Origin: Octopus vulgaris
Taxonomy: Eukaryota
Direction of reading: 5' to 3'
NCBI GenBank assembly: GCA_951406725.2
Contig: OX597832.1
Location: 40,114,001 to 40,178,000, forward strand
DNA: 64,000 bases
The notes below the pieces were generated by a model. That model was not told where the DNA came from, ran no database searches, and saw only the letters and a list, made by a program, of their open reading frames with translations. The translations under genes were made by a program, and so were the position numbers. Below are positions 12,853 through 24,570 of this stretch, in pieces. The first letter of the stretch is position 1; every line of letters begins with the position of its first letter.

Positions 12853-13140
12853 AATGCAGGTATGGCTGTGTGGCAAGAAGTTTGGTTCCCAACCATAGGG
12901 TTCTAGGTTCAGTCCCGCTGCATGGCACCTTGGGCAAATGTCTTCTACTATAGCCTCAGGCTAACCAAGGCCTTGCCAGTGAATTTGGTAGACAGAAACT
13001 GAAAGTAGCCCGTTGTATATACATGTGAATGTGTGTGTCTTTGTTTGTCCCCTATCACTGTTGTTGATGTGTTTATGTCCCCGTAACTTGGTATAAGAGA
13101 CTGATAAAATAAGTACCAGTTGTAAAAAAAGGTCTGGAGT
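12853..13140 (+). mobile_element. SINE family B, diverged and 3'-truncated
   Basis: Head and CORE-like segment match family B. Confidence 0.8.
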
Positions 13141-13384
13141 TGGATCAGGGTTGACTTGGAGTTAAACAACAACAAAGTTTGTTACCTCTCTACATGGCCT
13201 GACCTGTTAGAAATAGCTGCCAAATTACTCCCTGCTAAAGGCAGGAAGAACATACTGGACAATGTAGTCTGAAGTAAATTATCTGAAGGAAAAGACAGGC
13301 AACTTAATCTATTTTATGCAGGGAACATAAGAAAGTGAATTGGAAATAATTATGTCAGAAGGAAAACATAATATCTGTGAGTCG

Positions 13385-13645
13385 TCATCATCATCATCAT
13401 CATCGTTTAACGTCCGCTTTCCATGCTAGCATGGGTTGGACGGTTCAACCAGGCTCCAGTCTGATCTGGCAGTGTTTCTACAGCTGGATGCCCTTCCTAA
13501 CGCCAACCACTCCATGAGTGTAGTGGGTACTTTTTACGTGTCAGGGGAGGCTGGCTTTTTACGTGCCACCGGCACGGAAGCCAGTCATGGTGGTGCTGGC
13601 ATCGACCACGTACGGATGGTGCATTTTACGTGCCACCGGCCCAGT
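13385..13645 (-). mobile_element. Family C, internally deleted
   Basis: Reverse-complement homology. Confidence 0.8.
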
Positions 13646-14084
13646 AACTTATATTATTTTAACTACACATAGATGTAACCTTGGATATGTTTCAGTATTA
13701 TTAGACCTCTTCAGCAAAGCATAAACTTCACTATATTTGATAAAGTAGTGATGAGAGAATCATTTAGTAGATGTACTGGTATTACACACATACTGGTATT
13801 ATACACATTCTGGTGTTATATGAAATGAATATATTTGTCCTGGTGTTACTACAGCAACCAGTTTAATCTCAACACCACTCCCATCCTCCCAATGTATTCA
13901 CTGCCCCTCCTCCCTAGCATGCTGTCCTTATAAGTTATTCCTCGGGGAGGACAAAACCGATTATCAGAAAAGCATCTTTCTATACTTTTTTTTTTTTTAT
14001 AAATCCGCCATTTTGTTAGGGAATCATTTTTTTTCTCAACAACTCATCATCCTACTTTCTGCCCTTAAAAAGATAAGAAAAATA

Positions 14085-14128
14085 TCATCATCATCATCAC
14101 CATCACCATCATTGTAGTCGTTGTTGCC

Positions 14129-14159
<31 letters not shown>

Positions 14160-14257
14160 CCATCATCATTATTATCATCGTCGTTGTCATCATCACCATC
14201 ATCATCATCATCGTTGTCATCACCATCATCATCATCGTTGTCATCATCATCATCATT

Positions 14258-14291
<34 letters not shown>

Positions 14292-14310
14292 CCATCATCA
14301 TCATCATTAT
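14085..14310. repeat. (CAT)n imperfect microsatellite
   Basis: Direct observation. Confidence 0.95.
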
Positions 14311-15014
14311 TATTTATATTTAGGGCAGCAAACTGGTAGAATTCTTAGTGTGTTGGACAAAATGCTTAGCAGCAGTATTTCGTTCAGTTCTTTTCGTTCT
14401 GAGTTTTAAATTCCACCAAGATCTTCTTTGCCTTTCCTCCTTGCAGGGTTGATAAAATAAAGCACAAGTCAAGTATTTGGGGGTTAATGTAATCAACTTG
14501 CACTTCCCTTCAAAGTTTCTGGCCTTGTACCAAAACGAGAAAAATTATTATTATACTTTTTATATATTTATTTTAATTCTTGCTCTGGGCTTCATGTTAC
14601 ATTTCAGTCCCTATATATATATATATATGTAGTAAGTATTTTTACTGTTAGTTTTTATGGTTAAAATTAATAAACAATCATAGAACTGCCTCCATTCTGC
14701 CAGCCCCAGCTTCAGCATACCAGAGAGAGAATGTCTCACCGAAATGTTATTTATTTTCATTGGAACTGGTCTTCTCAGGGCCTCTCTCCTCCTGGTGTGT
14801 TATTTATTTAATTCCTACTTTCTTGCTGGAAGAAAGATGATAAACACCAGGTATAAGATAAGACAAGCTCTTCAACCATCCCACAATCAGGAAATCACTT
14901 TAGGGAGTGTTCTATTTATAGGTTAGAAGAACTGTGATTTAGTTTGGTTGGTTGATAAAACATTTATTCCGCTCTGCCTCTTTCTTTATTGTTGATATCA
15001 GTTTGGAATCAGGA

Positions 15015-15046
<32 letters not shown>

Positions 15047-15653
15047 TTCCTTGCATTTTGTCCATCACAGCTGTTTCTGTCATTCCGCTGCTAATAATAA
15101 TAATGGTCTCTGATTTAGGCGCAAAGCCAACTATTTTCAAGGAAGAAGGTTAGTTGATGATATCTGGTACTTTATTTTATTGACTCTGGAAGGATGGAAA
15201 AACAAAGTTGATTTTGGTGAGATTTGAACTCGGAATGTAATGTGTCAAAACAACTATCGAAAAAACATTCTATCTGATGCCATGCTTCAATCAGGTCTGC
15301 TAAGCCTTACTTAGCCATATTGTTGTTATTGACACAAACTGCTGCATGAAAATCTGAATATTGAGCCAGTGTGACAGCCTCTTCCCAGTTGCTCATCTTT
15401 GAGGAAATAGCAATCAAGGAAGGACACATTAAGTAATGTTGTGTGGGATAATCACTGTCATTAAAAAAATGACAGGATGGTCATAGCTGGTCATGTCTTT
15501 GATCATAGGCTTGGTGGATCAGATGTGGCAGCCCTGGGCTAAAGATAGTGATGTAGCTAGAGAGTGTGCCTCTGAGGGCTGCCCTTGAGTTTTTCCTCAC
15601 CTCCAGGTCCCAACATGCGTATATAGTCATACACAGCAAACCCAATGGTGTCA

Positions 15654-15954
15654 GTGGAGGCACATGGCCTAGTGGTTAGACCAGCGGACTCGCAGTCGAG
15701 GGATTGAGGGTTCGAATCTCAGACTGGGCGATGTGTGTGTTTATGAGCGAAACACTTAAGCTCCATGCGGCTCTGGCAGAAGGGAATAGTGAACTTCTGC
15801 TGACTCTTTCGCCACAACTTTCTCTCACTCTTTCCTCCTGCTCCTAGCAGCTCACCTGTGATGGACCGGCGTCCCGTCCAGGTGTGGAACCTATACGCCA
15901 AGGAAACCGGGAAACCGGCCCTTATGAGCCAGGCATGACTCGAGAAGGAACAAA
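15654..15954 (+). mobile_element. tRNA-derived SINE family D variant
   Basis: A-box TGGCCTAGTGG, B-box GGTTCGAATCT, 11-bp TSD CAATGGTGTCA at 15643-15653 and 15955-15965. Confidence 0.9.
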
Positions 15955-16669
15955 CAATGGTGTCACCTCCATAAAAGAGTCGCACAAGGTAGCCGGCTCC
16001 ACCCCCCGACTGAATTATGCTGCTAGCTAAAGAACAACAAAAACCCTGGTGTGGATGGACATAATTCAGTTGGGAGAAATAAAACAACGAACGAAGTTGA
16101 ATGTGGGTAAGGGGGTGGGAACCTATTGAATTACATAAAGGAGGTGGGGGTGTTTTAGTTTCCATGGTTACCTGTTGAACAGGTATCAATAGCCATCAGT
16201 GTTTGGAATGTCAGCCAGTATCACTTGTCACAGTCTGCGAGCTTCATCAGTTTTCTTAATTAAAGCGAAAATGATTGTAATTGAATTCTGGATAAATTAC
16301 ACAGGAAGTTCGACTGTTTTAAATGTTATTTCCAAGACATGTCATGCAATCTGTTGTTCTCAATAACGGATTGCTTGCTTTTGTTGATGTTGTTTAGTTC
16401 CAGGGCAGTTCTGATTGAGGAGACCTTTTGAACAGCAATAGTCCAACCATGATCATATCTGTGTTTTTTGTGTGTGTGTGTGTGTGTGGGGGGGGGGGTG
16501 TTGTTAAAATTGTGTGTCTCAGGCTACTGTAGTATTCAATGTATCATTTTTATTTTAAGTTGGTTGGGTGTAATATGAGGGAGATTTGGCTGCTATTTCT
16601 AGCAGGTTGATTGACGTGTAGGAGCTCTTCTATTGACTCAAAGAAGTCATTTTCAATTGATCAGAGATC

Positions 16670-16900
16670 CACTGGAGGTATCAATGGATCGGTGCCACAA
16701 AGAGTTAGGTGTCACATGTGATGCAGAGGGTCAGTGTCACAGATGATTCCTAGGGTGTCACAGGTGATGCATACTATAGATGATACCGAGGACAGGCAAT
16801 GCTGAGGGTTGGTACCACAGATGATACCTAGAGTAGGTGCCACAGGTGATGCATTAGGTAGAGTGCCAGTGGGGGGAGGTGCAGATAGTGTAGATGCCAT
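16670..16900. repeat. Degenerate minisatellite (GGTG(T/C)CACAG(A/G)TGAT)
   Basis: Motif recurs about six times with variable spacers. Confidence 0.6.
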
Positions 16901-18409
16901 AGAAAATATGTAAAATAGTCACTGCTTATACACAGGATAAAGAAGAGGCTTAATAAGACTGGAACTTGTCTGTTATTTTTCACTGGTTAGCTTTAAAGAT
17001 AAGTTTTACTCCCATCTACAGCACCTTTATATTCCAAAAACTTCAATCAGCTGATTGCATTGTAGTTATCTTCTTTGGTCATAGATTTAAAACCCTTTGA
17101 GAGGGAGTTTTTGTCTGCTATTTGCATAGATAATCTTAGTTTCTCAAAGTGTTTTCTGACATAAGATGTTATGTACAGGAGACACTACGTCATACTAAAC
17201 GGTTTAGTCGTTACCAAACAACTTGCAATGCTCGTATCTACTTGTCTTTTTTCTCTTGTGTTCACAGACTTCATCATTTCTGAAAAAGCAACTCTGTTTA
17301 CAGCTTTATGTCTTTGTTCTTTTTCTCTCTGCAAACTTGGTCTTTTGATGCCACTAAAACACCTTTTGAAGTATCAAAATCCTTTCTTTCAACTCAACTT
17401 TTTTTGTACATATATTGCTAACTGTTGTAATGGCCACAAACTTGTTAAATTACATCTCTAATCTATATTTTATTTTTCTTTCTCTTTCCACAAACAAATT
17501 CCTAGAACCACAACAAATATCTTTTTTTTTACCTGTAATCTTTATTGTCCATTACAAGTCATTTTGGCAAGCATGTTAGAATTCAATAACAGAACACTTT
17601 GTTTTAGAAACCACTCATCTTTTATCTCTTTTATGACAATTCTTCAAATAGGTACACAAACAGGATGGCAAAACATTTTTTGATTTTAGTCTTCCAGCTT
17701 TCAACATTCACATCTTTTACTTACTAACCTTTTTTTTATGCCAGAATAGGTTTGATAAGTCTTTAAATTTAAAAGCAGCTTTCACACACATTCATACAGA
17801 AGTAAGTTTTCTTTTTTCCTCCTTGCCTTTGCCTGTTCCTGATTTCAAATTCTTGATTCCTATGTTCTTGTTATTTAATCCCAGGTTAACTCTGCTTGAG
17901 CAAGACTTATGGCCAAATCTGTTTCCAGACGTCAACATACTGCTTTTCAGTGTATCAGGGGATTACATCAACTAGGTTGTTTTTTTTTAGACAGTTTGTG
18001 GTTTTGAGGGTGATTTAGCTACTACATATAGAAGCTTGACTGGTTGCACAGTGGTTTGTGAGTTTTAACTGTATATAGCTTCTTAGCTATGAATACAGTC
18101 TAATGATTGTAGTAAGTGTACATATTCTTTGTGATCACAAAATTGTGGGTCTGATTCCCAGACCAGGCAGCGCATAGTGTTCTTCAACAAAACACTTTAT
18201 TTCAAGTTGCCCCAGTCCACTCAGCTGTAGATGAATAACCCTGCTATGGAGTGGCATCCCGTTGAGGGAGGATGTTGTTATGTCAGTCACCTACATGCCA
18301 TGGAATAAGTAACCAGACCTGTGGGTCTAGGGGGCTTACTTCATGCAAGCATGGAAAAGTAATAATGATAGTCGCAAAGTGTTTAGACCAGTAGTAATTA
18401 AGTTAAAGA

Positions 18410-18826
18410 AGGCGGTGAGCTGGCAGAATCGTTAGCACGCCACGCGAAATGCTTAGCGGTATTTCGTCAGCTGCTACGTTCTGAGTTCAAATTCCTCCGA
18501 GGTCGACTTTGCCTTTCATCCTTTCGGGGTTGATAAATTAAGTATCAGTTACGCACTGGGGTCGATGTAATCAACTTAATACCTATGTCTGTCCTTGTTT
18601 GTCCCCTCTATGTTTAGCCCCTTGTGGGTAATAAAGAAATAGGTATTTCATCTGCCGCTACGTTCTGAGTTCAAATTCTGCCGAGGTCGACTTTGCCTTT
18701 CATCCTTTCGGGGTCGATTAAACAAGTACCAGTTACACACTGGGGTTGATATAATCGACTTAATCCGTTTGTCTCTCCTTGTTTGTTCCCTCTGTGTGTA
18801 GCCCCTTGTGGGCAGTAAAGAAATAA
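18410..18826 (+). mobile_element. SINE family A dimer
   Basis: Same junction AAGAAATAGGTATTTC at ~18640; TSD AG(T/C)AATTAAGTTAAAGAA. Confidence 0.9.
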
Positions 18827-19637
18827 GCAATTAAGTTAAAGAAAATGGATTTTAAATTGTGAAGGGGACAGCAGGATATCAGAAATATCTCCCCTGGCAG
18901 AACTTTCCACCTCATCTGTTTGATGTTACAGGTAGCAGAATTAAATACTGGTTTCCATACATCCTTTTAGTCATTGATTTCACTGGCATCAAGAATTGAT
19001 TAGGTTAGAACGCATGTGAATATTACTGTTTTTGTATTTATAGACAGATGTATAGATACGTGCACTAATATACACGCGCATGCGCGCACACACGAATAAA
19101 TTTATTCCGGCCATCCCAGGACACACTATTCTGCAAAAGTTTTATTCAATTTTCAAAAACTATTTTTAGAGAGTTGTCTCCCTTTAGTGATATAGCCCTA
19201 CGCTGACGTACAAACAAATTAAATACACACCATCTTAATCTATTCTAGTTATCCATCCATCCAACCAACCAACCAACCAACCAACATGCTTTCACACGGA
19301 TTTCAGCTCCCAAATTCCGTTCACATTGCATTGGCCAACCTGAAGCTTTATTGTTAAAGGCACTTGCCCAAGGTGCAGCTGGGTGAGATCAGATCTAGAA
19401 CCATAAGGATGCAAAGTGAACTCCTTAACCATATACATCCGTGCTTAACACCCACCCATAGCCTCACCACACACACACACAGACGAGATAAGTACAATCA
19501 CTGAATCGAGTTTAATCTGCATTTTTCTTCTTTGATTTCTTGGAGATTTTAATCAACCAAATAAGAAGAAATAAGCATCTGAATCTAAAAGTGGTTGGAG
19601 TTTTCATATCTCTATTACAATATCTCTGATTAAACTG

Positions 19638-20120
19638 GTGTGTGTGTGTGTGCGTGTGTGTGTGTGTGCATATCTGTGTAAATGTATGTGTGTGTGTGTG
19701 TGTGCATATGTGTGTAAATGTGTGTGTGTGTGTAAATGTATATGTGTGTGTGTGTAAATGTATATGTGTGTGTGTGCATATGTGTGTAAATGTGTGTGTG
19801 TGCATATGTGTGTAAATATATATGTGTGTGTGTGTAAATGTATATGTGTGTGTGTGTAAATGTATATGTGTGTGTGTGCATATGTGTGTAAATGTGTGTG
19901 TGTGTGCATATGTGTGTAAATGTATATGTGTGTGTGTGTAAATGTATATGTGTGTGTGTGCATATGTGTGTAAATGTGTGTGTGTGCATATGTGTGTAAA
20001 TATATATGTGTGTGTGTGCATATGTGTGTAAATGTATGTGTGTGTGTGCATATGTGTGTAAATGTATATATGTATGTGTGTGTATATGTATATATACGTG
20101 TATGTGTGTATGTGTGTGTG
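19638..20120. repeat. Higher-order (TG)n satellite with CATATGTGTGTAAATG units
   Basis: Direct observation. Confidence 0.95.
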
Positions 20121-20254
20121 TATTGTGAAGTAATATCAGGAAATTAATATCAGAAAAAATTCTTCAGAAAGATATATACATGTGTAGAATAGTTATTGTA
20201 TTAAAAATATAAATATATATATATGAAAATATATGTAAATATGCATAAGCATAA

Positions 20255-20289
<35 letters not shown>

Positions 20290-21064
20290 TGACAGTTTAA
20301 AATTGTTTTTACTTTTAAGTTTTTAATAAAGTTTTTGATGTACATATGAGTGTTCCACGCGAGTGTAATTGGGTATATGCACATATAGCATGCACATATT
20401 TTAGTTGTGCATATGAATATAACTGCACATGTGTGTGCACACGTGCTTGCAGATATACATTTGTGTACATTGTGTGTGTGTGTGTGTGTGTGTGCGAGTA
20501 TGTATATATGTACATGTACATGTGAATGGTTGCATGTATGTGTGGGTGTACATACATGGGTTTCATGTGAGTGTGAGCGAGCATATAGCATGTGCGTACT
20601 TATAGACATGTATTTGTATATAACTGTGTGCATATTGGTATGTGCACGTGTGTGTGTGTGTGTGTGTGCATGCATGTGTGTGAATTTCTATACGTGTGCG
20701 TGCATGGTTGCATATATATATGTGCATCTATTTTGGTGTATGTGTGGCTGTGCATGTGTGTTTCATGTGAATCTCAGTGAGCATATGCATATAGACACAT
20801 GCATGCATGTATGCACATGCGCACATACGCGCTTGCTATGAGCATTTTTACTCCTTTACTTTTTACTTCCTTCCCTTTGGTTTTTTTTTCCCCCTTATTT
20901 AACGGTCATTCTATAATTGCTCTGTTGTCTTAATAACGGTCATTTTCGTAGCATATTTTAATTGCCTCAATTACTGAAGAGATGCTGGTGCAGGTTTCCG
21001 CCCCGAAATCTGAAACTAGGAGTTTTATTAAGGCAACCGAATAATTGTTGTATATTATATTACA

Positions 21065-21254
21065 GATATATATGTGTGTGTGTGTGTGTGTATTATATGT
21101 ATATATATATATATATATGTATATGTATGATATATATATATATATATGTATATATATGTATTATATGTATATGTATTATATGTATATATATATGTATATG
21201 TATTATATGTATATATATATGTGTATGTATTATATGTATATATATATGTGTATG

Positions 21255-21291
<37 letters not shown>

Positions 21292-22195
21292 GTGTATGTA
21301 TATATATGTGTATGTATATATATGTGTATGTATATATATGTGTATGTATATATATGTGTATGTATATATATGTGTATGTATATATATATGTGTATGTATA
21401 TATATGTGTATGTATATATATGTATATGTATATATATGTGTATGTATATATATATGTGTATATATATGTATATGTATATATATGTGTATGTATATATATA
21501 TGTATATGTATATATATGTGTATGTATGTGTATGTATATATATATATGTGTATGTATATATATATGTATATATATATATGTGTATGTATGTGTATGTATA
21601 TATATATGTATATATATATATGTGTATGTATGTGTATGTATATATATATGTATATATATATATGTGTATGTATGTGTATGTATATATATATGTATATATA
21701 TATATGTGTATGTATGTATGTGTATGTATATATATATGTATATATATGTATGTATATATATGTATATATATATATATGTATATATGTATATATATATATG
21801 TGTGTGTATATGTGTGTGTATATATATATGTATGTATATATATGTGTATATATATGTACATATATGTATATCTATATGTGTATATGTATATCTATATGTG
21901 TATATGTATATATATATATATGTGTATATATGTGTGTATATATATGTGTATATATATGTATATGTGTATATATATGTGTATGTGTATATATATGTATATG
22001 TGTATATGTATATATATATATGTGTATATATGTGTGTATATATATGTATATATATATATGTATATGTGCATGTATATATATATATGTGTATATATGTGTG
22101 TATATATATGTATATATATATGTATATGTGCATATATATCTATATATGTGTGTGTGTGTGTATGTATATATATGTGTATATATATTTTTTGTGTG

Positions 22196-22228
<33 letters not shown>

Positions 22229-22263
22229 ATAGTATATGTGTGTGTGTATATATATATATATAT
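21065..22263. repeat. 1.2-kb (TA)/(TG) compound microsatellite
   Basis: Direct observation; source of the long Y/I/M/C/V ORFs. Confidence 0.95.
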
Positions 22264-22974
22264 AAAATATTTTAATTGTGATGCAGCACTATGGTTAACC
22301 GGCAAGAAAAGAAATCCATAACATCAACGCACAGGAAAGAGTGGTGTGGCTATCAGATGGAATCTTGAATTTCACTCCACTGCATGTAATTTCATTAATC
22401 CATATGCAAATACAACCTGCAACTGTAGAACACTAGTATTGATAGGCAGTTCTCTGCTGGTCGGATATATGTAGACTTGACCAGTACAAAGCACCAGAAT
22501 CAATAACTGTTCCACAACCGATTTGTGGTCTTTGGATTAAGTTCCAGGGAGCTTGTCTATTCTTTGGTATCACTCAGTGAGTTATTGCTGCAGACACATC
22601 AGAATTGTTTAGATACAGTGTGCATGTGTATATAATATCTTATATATCGGTAACAACATGGTTGTGGTACAGAAAACCATATGAGTGTAGCATGTGATTT
22701 TAGATGTTGGTTAAAATTTGTGATTTAATAGATATCTAGGAGTTGTTAGGCATGCTAGAAGTAGGAACCAGATGTCCCTGAAATGACACGTTGCCATCTA
22801 GAAGCCAAAAAGACTCATTGACTAATGTGGTCCCTGATATATGAAAAGAAGGGATAGTTATGGTTGGTTAGTCTGTGCTGACTTTGGACTAAACAATAAA
22901 ATGCTTTGGATGAAGTGCATCTATTGCTGTTTGCAAGAATTGGAAATGGTTATAATATCAAAATATTATAATAT

Positions 22975-23318
22975 CTGATCGTTGCCAGATCAGCCGACTG
23001 GCTTCTGTGCCGGTGGCACGTAAAAGGGCACCATTCGAGCGTGATCGTTACCAATGTCGCCTTACTGGCACCTGTGCCGGTGGCATGTGTAAAAAGATTC
23101 GAGCGAGGTTGTTGCCAGTACCGCCTGAGTGGCACGTGAAAAGCATCCACAACACTCTCAGAGTGGTTGGCGTTAGGAAGGGCATCCAGCTGTAGAAACT
23201 CTGCCAGATCAAGATTGGAGCCTGGTGCGGCCGTCTGGTTCACCAGCCCTCTGTCAAAATTGTCCAACCCATGCTAGCATGGAAAGCGGACGTTAGAAGA
23301 TGATGATGATGATGATGA
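22975..23318 (+). mobile_element. Family C subfamily variant
   Basis: Same conserved block and (TGA)n tail. Confidence 0.85.
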
Positions 23319-23369
23319 TAAAAAATGAATGAGTTAGAACTGATCAAATAGAACTGGCAGTCTGGTTAT

Positions 23370-23887
23370 GACAATGAGGATTCCAATTGATCAGATCAAT
23401 GGAAGAGCCTGTTCTTGAAATAAACATGCAAGTGGTTGAGCACCCCACAGACACGCTTATCCTTAACATAGTTCTCAGAGAAATTCCGTGTGACACAGAA
23501 TGTGACAAGGCTAGCTGTTTAACTCTTTCATTACCATATTTCTGTTGAGATGCTCTGTGTTTCTTTCAATCGGTTTTAAATATAACAAAGAATTTAGTAA
23601 AATAACTTTGTTTTCATTAAGCTAGTGTTAAGAACATAAATTGTGACTAAGGTTTGGTGGAAGAATTTAGTTCAAAACTTATGAAAACAAGACATTTGTA
23701 CAACAGAGCCAGAGGCAGTTTAAGCCGGATTGGTATTGAAAGGGTTAAAATACATGTACTACACATTTTCACCATCTGAGTGGACTGGAGCAACATGAAA
23801 TAGTGTCTTGCTCAAGGACACAACACTCCGTTGGGAACCAAACTCACAACCTTACAAATACCTTAACCACTAAGCCATGTGCCTTCA
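23370..23887 (-). mobile_element. Old tRNA-headed SINE interrupted by a TTAA MITE
   Basis: Head at ~23880 on - strand; body homologous to 6290-6440 and 8870-9020. Confidence 0.6.
23523..23744. mobile_element. piggyBac-type 222-bp MITE
   Basis: TTAA on both sides; ends CTCTTTCATTACC and GGTATTGAAAGGG; inverted homolog of 58754-58975. Confidence 0.85.
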
Positions 23888-24169
23888 GTATAAACTGATC
23901 TAAACATCTAGTGAGTGGTTGCCATGTCTTGTCCAGTCTTTTTATTTGGTTTTTATTTTTTTGTCAAATAAGCATCACCATCGTACAAGCAGGAGGATAG
24001 TCATGTGAGGGGACAGTCATCATCTTTGTATCAATGGTCATAATTAGAGGTCGCTAGGTGTATTCAATTTGTGTTTTATCATCTTGTAGTGGATGAATAT
24101 GTTTTTAATGTTGCCATCTCTGTATCCATCTCTCTTTCTGTTATTAAATATCGTCTCTTGTATTTTCAG

Positions 24170-24202
24170 GTGTGAGTGGTGGGACATTAAAAGTTGAGTA
24201 CC
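24170..24202 (+). other. 5' UTR portion of the pak start-codon exon (implies an upstream non-coding exon)
   Basis: Lies between a pyrimidine-rich acceptor (tcgtctcttgtattttcag) and the ATG. Confidence 0.75.
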
Positions 24203-24258
24203 ATGTCTGATGATCCAGAGAAACCACCTGCTCCACCTCTCCGTCTTGCCAGTAACAG
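24203..24258 (+). CDS. pak: First coding exon of a group I p21-activated kinase (PAK1/2/3-like), MSDDPEKPPAPPLRLASN+AG, phase-2 donor
   Basis: Acceptor tattttcag|G at 24169/24170, in-frame upstream TAA (24188-90), ACCATG start, donor AG|GTAATC at 24258/24259. The peptide matches the PAK N-terminal Nck SH3-binding motif KPPAPPxRxxS (Drosophila Pak DKPPAPPVRLTSNR, human PAK1 DKPPAPPMRNTS, from memory). Confidence 0.88.
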
Positions 24259-24494
24259 GTAATCCAACAGATTCACTTCAACACGTCTACATTTACCTGC
24301 CCACCTAATTTAACCTGCACTAACAAATATACAACATTCTACTTTTAGAGTCGACAGAAATTAGGGCATCAAATAGAAGCCTAGCAGTATTTATTCCCAA
24401 ACCCCTGAGTGTGAGTTCAAATCCTGCTGAAGTCTATTTTGCTTTTTCAGTTTTTTATAAAATAAAAATAATAATGAAATTATTGTATACAGTG

Positions 24495-24570
24495 CTCAGG
24501 TGCACCACAACTACTCAGGTGCACCACAACTACTCAGGTGCACCACAACTACTCAGGTGCACCACAACTA
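24495..24570. repeat. Perfect 19-bp x4 tandem repeat CTCAGGTGCACCACAACTA
   Basis: Four identical adjacent units, no spacers. Confidence 0.95.

Noticed and set aside
14065-14339. Poly-Met and poly-Ser ORFs
   Set aside because: (CAT)n microsatellite
20962-22321. Long ORFs of 268-437 aa on both strands
   Set aside because: Translations of (TA)/(TG) microsatellite, which lacks stop codons; not proteins
24495-24570. CRISPR-like direct repeats
   Set aside because: No spacers, no cas genes, eukaryotic context
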